Shown piece after piece: positions 26,621 through 38,300 of a stretch of 64,000 bases of DNA. This DNA comes from Monocercomonoides exilis PA203 (taxonomy: Eukaryota; Protista; Preaxostyla), in the NCBI GenBank assembly GCA_001643675.2, contig LSRY02000043.1, positions 496,001 through 560,000 of the forward strand, in the 5' to 3' direction. A model generated the notes under the pieces. It ran no database searches and was not told where the DNA came from. It saw only the letters and a program-made list of their open reading frames with translations. The translations under genes and the position numbers were made by a program. Numbering within the stretch: position 1 is the stretch's first letter; every line of letters begins with the position of its first letter.

Positions 26621-27841
26621 AAATACTGTTGGTTGAAATGGAAAAATGATTTAAAAAATACATAAAAACAATAAGTTTTGCGTAGATTTAAATATCTAAA
26701 AATAGCACACCTGCCATCTTTTTCGTAGATGCAGAAGATTGTTCAATCACTGAGGCTGTAAATCTCCATTTCCACTGCTTCGCAGTGTTTCTTTCTTCGT
26801 CACCCTTTTCACCAACAAAATCTAAATTTTCAATTCTTTTACATTTCATAAAACAAGAAAAAAAAAAATCAACCATTTAACCCGAATGCTGTCTTTTGTT
26901 TGCATTCTTCTTTGCTGAAAAAAGCTTTCTGTTTGAATCATTAGAAAAATAATAAATATAATTTTCGATCATGCTTCGAATTGTTTTGATAAACACTTTT
27001 TTCATTTTTTTCTAAATAGCTTATGACCCAAGATTTTATTCTAAATTCTTTAACCTGGATTGATAAAGCTTTTACCAGAAAGACAGACTTGTTACGGGTT
27101 TTTCATGGTTTTTCGGTAAATAAATTATATTTGTGGAAAGAATGAGTAATAACAGGAACAACACAGATGTTTCAACAATCAAGTTGAACTATTCGTAATA
27201 ACTTATTTGTATTCAGTATTTACAATTTTTTACGAAACAATTCATAGTTATGGTAAAATATCTAATTCTATTCATTAGGCGTAATATTATGGGTGGAACA
27301 AAAGTTAGAAAGAGCGAAATACTGTCCCGTATGAATAAATATTCTTTTTGAAATCATTTTTTCTGATTTCGAAAAGGAAAAAATTCCATAGTCCAATACA
27401 ACAAACTGATGTTTCACGAAACTGCTCAACAAGTCGAACGAAATGACTGATATCTTTTTTTTTTAATTTTTGATATTAAATATTGTTTACAGTCAAAGCT
27501 GAAGATTATCTTAAACATGACTTGAAAGGCATTTATCGTAGCAACATTTTGACAAATGATTTTGGCTTAAAAATATTTTAAAATAAAGTGCATCAAAAAC
27601 TGAATAATCAAAAATTAAATGAAGAATCAAAAGGAATAGGAATCATCTCGTCAAGTACCATTTAAATTATGCGTTATATTTTCACAATAAACAATTAATT
27701 AAAATTGTTTGTCATCTTTGTTAAAAAAAGCAGATTGTTTAAATTTGAGAGATTCAATCGTTTTCAAAGGTTGAAATAAAAATCCAATTTGTATTCTTTA
27801 TTTGTTCAATCGAGGAAACGGTGAAAAGACTCATGAAGTGA

Positions 27842-28444
27842 TTAACGACTTGTAGCTTTAATTTTCTTTGGAGGAGCAGCTTTTGGAGGAGCTTGCTTAA
27901 CTTGTTTTCCTTGCTTTGCTTGTTTGCCTGGTTTAACTTGTTTCGCAGAAACTTTCTTTGTACCAGTAACTTTTGCTTTGCGCTCCTTCAATTCACTAAA
28001 AATATAAATAAATAAAATATATCAAGAAATGATATATAAACAGTCAAACCGAAGTGCCGCTGCATCGGCTCCTTTAACTTTCTCAATAACTTTTGCCTTA
28101 CGTGTGTTACGAATTTCTTCAAGTGTCATTCCAACAATATCCTTCTGGAAGCGAACGGCTCTACGCTTAACACGCTTTTTGGTTAATTTTGAAACATCCT
28201 TCTTGTGAGCTTTTCTCCAATCTCCTGTCCATTTAGTATTACGTGAAGAACGTTTGATGTCATAACAGCAGCGTGCTTTTGATCCAGCAAAGATGAAAAG
28301 GCGTGAATCACCACGAACGAAACGAATTCCGTGACCTGGATAAATCTTATGCCAAGAAAACGAGCACCTTTCAACACTGTTTAAAGCAAAGAAGAAAAAT
28401 AAAAAATAAACGATTCAATGATTGTTTCAAAAGGCACACCGCAT
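27842..28444 (-). CDS. RPL24: 60S ribosomal protein L24 (eL24), three exons
   Basis: Exons 28444-28440, 28376-28050 and 27995-27842 with GT..AG introns give [31 protein letters not shown]...WTGDWRKAHKK...IVGMTLEEIR..., a Lys/Ala-rich tail and a TAA stop. Confidence 0.95.
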
Positions 28445-28596
28445 TTAGAAGTTTTTTCGCAACGATCTTTTTATTGCCTTGTTGATTGAAAAAACGAAAA
28501 TTATGGGAATATAATAAAATGATGTTTTTTATTTTATTTTATTGTTATTTTTTTCATTTTTTTTTCACAAAAAGTGTCGAATTGACAATCACAACG

Positions 28597-31500
28597 CTAT
28601 ATTGATAGCTGTTTAAGAACTATATTTGTGAAAAATTGCTTGAATGTAATGTATCCATCACCTTCCAAAAATATGTTTGAGTGTGTTGCAACTATCAAAA
28701 ATGAAGTATAATTTTTTTAAAAAAAGAAAAAGATAATTCAAATAAATAAAAAAGAGAGACAAACGTGGACATCCAACCTCAGGCTGGAGATTAAAGGCAT
28801 CTTGATAAAGTTTGCAGTTTATCACAGATGAGGAAGAATTTGACAGAAATATCGAAGGCAAGGGAATGCAACGCAAGAAGTGACTTGAAGTGATCGAAGA
28901 CACATAAGAAAATATGGATTGCATCATTTTGGCTGTTGGAATATGGGAGGGGAGTTGTTGAGAATATTCATTGGATGAATAAATAAATAAATAAATAAAA
29001 ACAAAATAAAATTAATCATAATTCTCTATCAAACCATCCAATTCCGGCGTCCAATCATTCATTTCCTTCTCATTTTCTCCTGTTTTTCTATGCACAATCA
29101 CACACTCCAAGCTCTTCACCACAAAATATTCCGCAAACGACTTCTGCAGCGAGCCCATAGAAGGCGTCAAATAAGAAGAAGAAAGCAAGTTTTCATTCAC
29201 CCAGCTCGATAGCGAAGGCATAATGAATGAAGAGAGCGTTGTGGAAGGCAAACGAGAATTACCCAGAATTTTATTCGTTTTCTTTGAATTTGAAGTCAAA
29301 ATTGTTGTTTTTTCATTATTTTTATTATCATTTTTATTAATTTTATTGTTATTTTTTTGTTTGAAAGAGGAATTTATGAGACAAGGAAGATTTTTGAGAA
29401 CAGAACGCCAAATTGGATTGGGCCAGAAGGGAGAAGAGGAAGAAAGAAGAATATCTTTACTTCTTCCTTTCTCTTCTTCTTCTCTTTCTCCTTCTCCTTC
29501 TCCCTTTCCTTCTCCTTCAACCTCTTCCTCTTCCTCTTCCTCTTCCTCCTCTTCTCCCTCTCCCAGGACCCCCCACCACCCCTTCCTCTTCCCCAGCCCA
29601 CAAATCATTCCTTTCGTCATCCCAATCGAACTTCCCATCAAAAAATACACAATTTCTGTTAACCCTCTCAAATGCTTCCCTTTTTGCCTCATTTTCTTCT
29701 CCTCTTTTTTTCTCTCTTTTTCTCTTCGAAGACTTTCGATATCGTTTTCGCTTTGCTTCTTCTTCATTATCATTGCATTCTCTATTGTTTGCTTTGCTTT
29801 TCTTCTCATAACATTCTTATTTGTTTCTCCTTCTCCTTCTCCTCCTCCTCCTCCTTCTTCTTCTTTCTTCTCCTTCTTCATCATTCTTTCCCCTCCTTCT
29901 CCTTGGAATGCCATCGTCAACACTTGTTGTGCTATAGAAAAATCTGCTTCTTCTCTCGTCTTCTCTTTCAATGCAAGCTCTTCTTTCTCTCTTTCTCTCC
30001 TCATCTTCTTCATCTTCTTCTTGTCTCTCTCTCTTTCTTCCACATCATCAAAATACACTTCTTCTCTTTCTCTCTCTTCTTCTCCTTCCTCTTCTCTTTC
30101 TCTCTCTCTTTCTTCTTCTTCCACCTCCTCCTCTTCTTCTTCTATCCCCTCCTCCAACCCTTCAAACTCAAAATCCAACACCCTCACCTCACTCCTCCCG
30201 TCCCACTCTTCCTTGTTAATCTCATTGTGATACAGAACAAGCAGTCTTTCTAACAGAAATCCCAAAGATTCCATTGTGGGCAAGCCAGAGGGAGAGGAAG
30301 AGAGAAGGAGATGGAGCAAACAGCTGCCGTTGAGATGAGAGAGAAGAGAGAGGGGGGAAGAGGAAAGAGGAATGCTTATGTTGCAGACGCGGGTGAGGCG
30401 GAGGACTAGGATGCTGGGGGTGTGAAGAGAGGAGGAAGAAGAGGAAGAAGAAGAAGAAATAGAAGAATTGTTATTTCCGCTTTCTCTTCTTCTTTCTCCT
30501 CTTCCTTCTCCTTCTTCTCCTTCGCATTGTACAACCCATATGAAAGAAAACCGGAACTGCATTGCCGGCAAAAATCTTTCGGGCCCACAATTTTCTTTTA
30601 GTGGATAATTCTTTGACTGAAATGAGGAATTATTGGCAAGAAACTTCAGCTGAAAGGGGAGAGAAGAGGAAGAAGAGCAGGAAAGCAAATGGAACATCGA
30701 AAGAGAGGAAGACGTTTGAGTGGATAGCACATCGTCTGAAGGAGATGAGCCAATTAGAGAAGAAGAAGAAAATGGTGAAGAAAAATAATTAGAAGAAGAA
30801 GAAGAGTTTGCCGGCAAAAACGGATGGATCCCATTATTCTTGTACGGGCAGAACAAAGCATATGGGAGGGGAATTTCATCTGAATGGAAAAGGCGGCTGA
30901 GTGACGACTGCGAAAGAGAAGGAAGCGAAAGAGAAGGCATAAAATTATCTTCTGAATTCATTGGAACGAATGACGTGTTATCAAATTCATTGCTTTTTTG
31001 GTTATTTCTTTCTGTTGATTCAATTCCTTCTATTCCATCGATAATAAGTCTATTATCTTCTCCTCTTTCTCCTTCTTTCTCTCTTTTTTCCTCCTTCTCT
31101 CTTTCCTTCTTTATCTCTAATTCCTGTCTCTTCAGTGCATTCGCCCATTCTCTGTCTATAAATTGACTCAAATTCAGAGAAGGAAGCACATTTTCAGCCA
31201 AGTTGAAATCTTTGAAGTTGTTAGAGACACGAGAAGAATAAGAAGGAAGAGAAGAAGAAGAAGAAAATGAGGAAGAAGAAGAAGAAGAAGAAGAGAAAGA
31301 AGAAGAAAGAGAAGGTTGTTCTGATACAATCAATTGAGAATTTGATTCATTGACAACAGAAAATTCAGGTGTGCATTGAACAGAAAGAGTTATATTTCTT
31401 CCTCTGACACACGAAGAAGGAAGGATAAGGGGGAAATGAAGAGAAGAAGAAGAAGAAGAGGAGGAGGAGGAGGAGGAGGAAGAAGAAGAAGAAGAAGAAG

Positions 31501-34338
31501 AAGAAGAAGAAGAAGAAGAAGAAGAAAGAGAAGAAAGAGAAGAAGAAGATTTTGTGGGTAAAACACTCGAAAGTGAATGCTGAAGCTGCAAAGCAGCAGT
31601 TAAGCACTTTATTTTGTGTTCTTCTCCTTTTTTCTCTTCCTTTCCTTCTCCTTTCTCTTTCTCTTCCTTCTCTTTCTCTTTCTCCTTCTTCATCACCAGC
31701 ATCTTCTCATCCCCATACCCCAAACAATCACAGAAATAGTACAAATTGCCATTTGTGTACTGAACAAGCGGAGAAATAAACGAAAGTTGGGTGTTTTCAT
31801 CCAAATGCGATGGAGAAAGACTCGAAAACGCTTCGGTTTCCCGAGAAATAGAAGAGTTCGGAGAATTAGAAGAGCTCGGAGAAATAGAGTTGTTTGCTTT
31901 CCTGTCATTTTTTATTTTTCCGGCTGAATTGGCGGGAGAGCTGTCAAAATCAGGCAACAATCCTTCTTTTCCTTCTTTTGCTCCTTTTCCTTCTTTTTCT
32001 GCTAATTTTCCGTTTTCTTTCTCTTCTTTCTGGTTTGTTTTGCTTCGCCACATCCATCCGAATAGCTTTTCTGTTAGAGAAGCAGGAGGAGGAGGAAGAG
32101 AAGGAGAAGGAGAAGGAGAAGAAGAAGAAATAACATTTTCATTTCCATTTATTTCTACATCTATGCCAATATCTGAAGGGTTAGATGCGTTTGTTGCTGG
32201 ACTAACAAATGGAGGAAGAAGAGGAGAAGAAGAATTTGAAGGATAAGAAGAAGAAGAAGAAGAAGAAGCACTTGAAGACGAAAAATAATCAATTCTCGAT
32301 TCAATTTGTTCTTTTTCGACTTTATCGACTTTTCCCTTTTTTTGCTCTGCTAATTTCTGGTTTGCTTCCTTCATCCTTTTCCGAAATTCGGCTTGTTCTG
32401 CCTCTTTTCGCTTTTCCATTTCGCTCAAAATGTCTCTTTCTCTTTCTTCTTCTCCTTTTTCCATTCCTTCTCCTCCTTCCCCTTCTCCTCCTCTTCTTCC
32501 TGCTTTCCTCCTCAAATTCATTAATTTCACATTTTCTTCTTCACTTCCTTCACTTCCTTCTTCTTCTTCCTCTTCCTCCACTCCCAGTTTTCCATCATAG
32601 AACTTTTCATTCCATTGGCTTCCAAAACAGAACAAATCCACCACAATTTCATTGGCTGTTAGAATTTTCGCAATTTCTGTCCAGAACGAAAGAGAAGCCG
32701 AAGCGAAGAGGAGAAGAAGAGAAGAAGAAGAAGAAGAAGAGAGAAGAAGAGAAGAAGAAGAGGAAGAAGAAGAGGAAGAGTAATAAGAAGAAGCATAAGA
32801 AGCAACAGTTCTGAAGGGATAAGTGACGATGTTAGAGAGGAAGGAGAGGAAGGAGCGAGTCAGAGGAAAAGCAGAAGCAGAAGAGGAAGAAGAAGAAGAA
32901 GAAGAAGAATGAAGAGAATTGTTGTACAAATCGAGAAGAATGCCAAATGAATGCGGGAGGGGAAAAGGGAATGGAGTGTAGAGAAAAGCGAGCAATGAAA
33001 TGTTGTTTAGCTTATATAAACGAGAGAAGGAGCAAAAACGAGTGATGAAGGCGGGGAAGGAAAGAGGAGGGAGAGGAGAGAGATGAGAGAAATGAGAAGG
33101 GAAAGCGGAGAGAAGGGAGAGAAGGACGGAGCGGGTGTGGAACTGAAAGGGAGGAGGAGGAGGAGGGAGGGGGGGTGTGGTAAGAATAGGAAATTAAGAT
33201 AAATAGATAGATAAATAAATAAATGTTATGTGAATAAAAATTTAATCAAATAAAAAAAAATTTTTTTTTCAGAGGAAGAATTCATTTTCATCAAAATTAA
33301 ATGGAATTAAAAGGCCAATCAATAATAATAATAATAATAACATGAAAAAATAATACAAAAGAAAACCAAACCCCAACAAATATATCTTCTGCCCTCAATC
33401 CTTCAAACGAATAATCCTTTTCTTCCTCTTCCAGAACCAGCACTCCTTCTCTCTCGAATCCTTTGTCTTTCTTCTTCTCTCCTTTCTCATCTGCCCACTC
33501 CTTATTAATCACTGGATTTCCTGCCACTCCGCTTCCCAAGGCAGGAAATACCCTCAGCCTCCCATCTCCCGTCTTTTCGCTCACTGTTAAAAAGATGATT
33601 TCTGTGTCTGTGAGACCGACAATGCACGTATAAGTAATTTCTGGAAGTGTTTGGATTTTCTTTGCAAGTTGATTGCAGAGTTCATTCAAATGCATCTTGC
33701 TTCCTGTGCAATCAAGCAAAAATACATATTTTGGAGCCCAATCTGGAAGATGAAATGGTACTAATGATTGAATCTGTTTGTTCTGATGACTTGTAGGCGT
33801 GGGAATGGGTATAACTAGAAAGCAAACAGAAAAGATTTAAAATCAATGAATCCAAAATTCAACTTGTGATCGTAAGATACCTTCGGAGTAATTCAATACG
33901 TCATACATTCCGGAAATTAATTCTTGTGAGTTTGCTCTATCATTGAGCTTAAAATAATTTTCTGGAATTCGATATTTATGAAAACAGTACGGGCATCTTA
34001 CTGTTCCATCCTCAGAAAATTTCATAAGATTTGATGGAAGAGAAGAACATGAAGGGCATCGAGATAATCCAGAAATTGGAATCAAGGGAATAGAATTATT
34101 GCTTTGGTTTTGTGGGGAGAAATTAGTAATTAGAGGTGAGAGCATAAAACCCCAAGGCAAGTTCGTTGATTCATATTCAGCATCTTATTGAGTTTTTCAT
34201 GATATTCATCAAAACATTTCGTGCAAAAAGTCATAAGAAAAATAGTAAATAAATAGTGTAGTAAAAAAGTGTAAGCATACGATCAATAGGAAATTGCCCA
34301 TGCGTAAAAGTGACAAAATCGCTTTGAGGTTTATGCAT
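28597..34338 (-). CDS. divergent Sec23/Sec24-family COPII coat protein with long Ser/Glu low-complexity insertions (multi-exon; boundaries approximate)
   Basis: Exon MHKPQSDFVTFTHGQFPID splices to LPWGFMLSPL...RCPSC...CPYC (Sec23/24 zinc finger)...ELISGMYD. Then YVFLLDCTG (trunk/vWA start), IVVDLF, QYTNGNLYYF, LRLTRV, and C-terminal RCIPLP...LYQD...GYITFKQFF. Confidence 0.72.
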
Positions 34339-34491
34339 TTCTTATGATGGTTTATTGAAACAAAAAGAAATTCACTAATCAAAAAATTTAATATTCGCAA
34401 TGAGCATAATAATTATTTTCAATTTTAAGGAATTTTAAAAATTCCCCCATCATTTATTTTCTTTGACGAACGATAATCTCCACAGGGTGTA

Positions 34492-35202
34492 ATGAGTAAG
34501 TCGAGAAAATATAGCTCGTGGGAAGCGCTTCTTGCTGATGCTTATGAATCGCCCTTGCGCATTTCCGATGTTCCAGCTCTGGATTATTTGTACCTGTGGC
34601 ATTTATGGATTTATAATTCATTTGTCAGATATATTTTCTTTATTTCGATAGTCTTCTCATTTTTTGGGTTTGCAATATAAATCTTATTCTTATGGAAGTT
34701 ATAACTGAACTTTTTTTGAATTAGTATTATGTATTTTACACCTGTACAAATTATAATTAAAAGCGCAGTTATTTTTCCTGTGTTTCTAACCTTTTACATT
34801 GCTGGGTATTATACCACTTTTCCAACAATGTCGCCCAATCAGTGTGAATTTTTAATGATTTTTAAATGAAAAACTTGAATTATTTTGATGATATTTAATT
34901 TTTAAAGAATGTTGCACAATTTTAAGATTATCCAAATGCATTATAAATTATATTCCCTCATATATTCATATATTCCATACGCATTTGGATCAGTCATTGG
35001 ACCATATATTATGTTTTTGAAATATATTTCAATATCATTCGCTTTTGGATTCTTGCTTGGAAGAAATCCCAAAACCACGATATTTATGTTGGGTATTTTT
35101 TTCTTTTATTATTGGCCAACTATTTGCATTCTATTTGTTGCTTATAAACATTTTAGTTATACTACTGATTCATATCCCCATATTCCTTCAGTTCATTATT
35201 GA
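34492..35202 (+). CDS. small multi-pass membrane protein, probably three exons, unknown function
   Basis: ATG at 34492, head-to-head with the Sec23/24-like gene (~150 bp apart). Hydrophobic coding blocks are separated by AT-rich GT..AG segments. The last exon is ORF 34909..35202. Confidence 0.45.
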
Positions 35203-35371
35203 ACAAATGGATTTTGAATTTTATGGTTTGTATTCATAATTTAGTGCTTTCATTAAAATCGAAATTATTTTATCATCTTTAAAAACTTGATTCTTGTATG
35301 ATTACATTTTTTAATATCATCATTATTTCTTTCTTCTGTTCCATGTTTAATCATCTTCTAACATTTTTTGT

Positions 35372-38300
35372 TTGTGTGCATGTGATATTCAATCAGAAGA
35401 AGAACGTGAGACTCTCATAAAACAGAAGACAAAAGCACAAAACGAAGAAAGAAAGCGGAAAATGCGAGAAAAAGAGCAAGAAATGAAGAAAGAGCAAGAA
35501 AGAAAGCAGAGAAAATTCAAAGAAGAGATGGATGAGTGGGAGAGGAGAGAGAAGGAGAGGAAGGCGGAAGAGGAGAAGAGGAGAAGAGAAGAGGAAGAGG
35601 AAAGAAGGAGAAGGAAAGAAGAAGAGGAGGAGGAGGAGGAAAGATTGAGAAGAGCAATGGAAGAGAGAAAGAGGAAGGAAGAAGAAGAAAGAATAAAAAG
35701 AGAAGAAGAGGAGGAAAGATTAAAGAAGGAAGAAGAAGAGAGAAGGAGAAAAGAAGAAGAGGAAAGGAAAAAGAAAAAGGAAGAAGAAATGTTGAAAAGA
35801 GAAGAAGAAGAAAGAATTAGAAGAGAAAAAGAAGAAGAGGAAGAGAAGAGAAGGAGAGAAGAAGAAGAAAGGTTGAAGAAGGAAGAAGAAGAGAAGAAGA
35901 GAAAGGAGGAAGAGGAACGATTGAGAAGAGAAGAGGAAGAGAGAAAGAAGAAGGAAGAGGAAGAAAGAATAAAAAGAGAAGAAGAGGAGAGGAAAAAGAA
36001 AGAGGAGGAAGAAAGATTAAAAAGGGAAGAAGAAGAGAGAAAGAGAAGAGAAGAGGAAGAGAGAAAGAGAAAAGAAGAAGAAGAGAGGAAGAAGAAAGAG
36101 GAAGAAGAAAGGTTGAGAAGAGAAGAAGAAGAGAGAAAGAGAAGAGAAAAAGAAGAAGAAGAAAAGAAAAAGATTAAAATGATGCAAAACAAAGCTACTT
36201 TGTGTTTGCTTGATGGATTTCGAAAGTTTGAGAAGAGAAAGAAAGGAGAAGAAGAATTGAAAAGAAGAAGAAGAGAGAGAGAGAAAGAAGAAGAAGAAAA
36301 CGCAATGTTTATTATGAATTATTGGTTGCTTATGAGAAAGAGAAGAGAAGGAAGAGAAGAAGAAGAAGAAAGAAGAGAAGAGGAAGAAAGGAAAAGAAAG
36401 GAAAAAGCAGAAGTTTTGTCTGAAATGAGGAGGAAAATGATGAAAAGAAGAAGAGGAAAAGAAATGATAGAGAAATTGAGAAGAGAAAGAGGAAGAGAAG
36501 AAGAAGAAGAAAAGGAAAGAGAAAGAGAAAGAAGAAGACGAGAAGAAGAGGAAGAAGAAGAAAGAAGAAAGCAAAAGGAAAAAGAAGAAAGAGAAAGAGA
36601 AGAAAAAGGAAATGCGATGATTATAATGAATTGCTGGATGAATATAACAGAAAGGAGAAGAAGAGGAGAAGAAGAAGAAAGAAGAAGAAGAAGGGAAAAT
36701 GAAAAAATCAAAGAAATAAAAGCAGAAATATTGAGAAATAAGATGAAGGAGATGAGGAAGAGAAGAGAAGGAGAAGAGGAAATAAAAGAAAGAAGGAAAG
36801 AAGAAGAAGAAAGAAGAAAAGAAAAAGCAAGAATTATAACAGAAATAACAAAAATGATGATGAAGAGAAGAAGGGGAGAAGAAGAAATGTTAGAAAGAAG
36901 AAAAGAAATAAAAGAAAATGAAGAAGAAAAAGCAGAAATGATAATGATTGCTTATGTTAATAACATGATGAAGAGAAAGAAAGCGAAAGAAGAAAGAGAA
37001 GAGAGAAAGAAGAAAGAAGAAGAAAATTGCATATTAAAAGCAGAAATTATAGCAAAAATGGTAAAAAATATGATGAAAAGAAGAGAAGGAGAAAGAATAA
37101 TGGAGGAGAAGAAGAAGAAGAAAGAAGAGGAAGAGGAAGAAGAAAGAAAAAGGAAAATAGGAATAATATCAGAAGCAATGAAAAACATGGAAAAAAGAAG
37201 GAAAGCCAAACGAATTTTGGAAGAAGAAGAAGAAAAATTAAGATTGAAAGAAAGAGAAAAAGGAGAAATAATAACAGAAATGATGAAAAAGATGAAGAAG
37301 AGAAGAGAAGGAGAAGGAGAAAAGGAGAAGAGAGAAGAAGAAGAAAGAAGAAGAAGAAATGAAATGGCAATTGTGATAGAGAACGCGTTTTTGAATGTTT
37401 TGAAGAGGAAAAAAGCAGAAGAAGAGGAAAAGAGAAGAAGAAGAGAAGAAGAAGAAGAACGAAAATTAGCAATGTATTTTATTTTGAAAGGAATTTTGAA
37501 TAAAAAATTGAAGGAAAAAGCGAAGAAAGAGATGGAAGAGAGGAAGAAAAGCAAAGAAGAGAGAGAAGAAAGAGAAAAAGCTAAAGAAATTTCAATGTTT
37601 TGGAAAGAAAACGTGATGAAAAGAAGAGAAAATGGAAAAGAAATGGAGAAAATGAGAGAAGAAGAAGAAGAAAGAAGAAGAAAAGCAATTGAATGTTTGA
37701 AAAATGGATATGAAAAGATGAAGAGAAGGAAGTTGGGAGAAGAAGAGGAAGAGAAGAAGAAGAAAGAGGAAGAAGAAAGAAGGAAAGGAAAATGTATTGA
37801 TATTTTAGAAGGAATGGAAAAGATGATGAAAAGGAGAAGAGGAGAAGAAGAAGAAAGAAGAAGAAGAAAGAAAAATGAAGAATTTCGAAGAGAAAAAGCA
37901 GAAGAAATAACAAGGCAATATGAAAAGATGGAGAAGAGAAGGAGAGGAGAAAGAGAAAGAGAAGAAAGAAGAAAAGAAGATGAAGAAAAGCAAATAAAAA
38001 GTGTAAATTTGATTGGTTTTGAATGGGAAAATTGCATTTTGAGAGAAAGAAATAAAAAAATGTTAGAAGAGCTGAAGAAGAAAGACGAAGAAGAGAGAAA
38101 GAAGAAAGTTGAGGTGATAAATGAAGCAATAATTCGGATGGAAAGGAGAAGAGAAGGAGAAAAAGAAAGAGAAAGAAGAAGAAGAGAAGAAGAAGAAGAA
38201 GAAAGAATAAAATCATTAATAATACGGAATTCGATTCAAAATTTGATGAAAAGAAAGAAAGCGGAAGAAGAAAGAAGAAAGAGGAAAGAAGAAGATGAAG

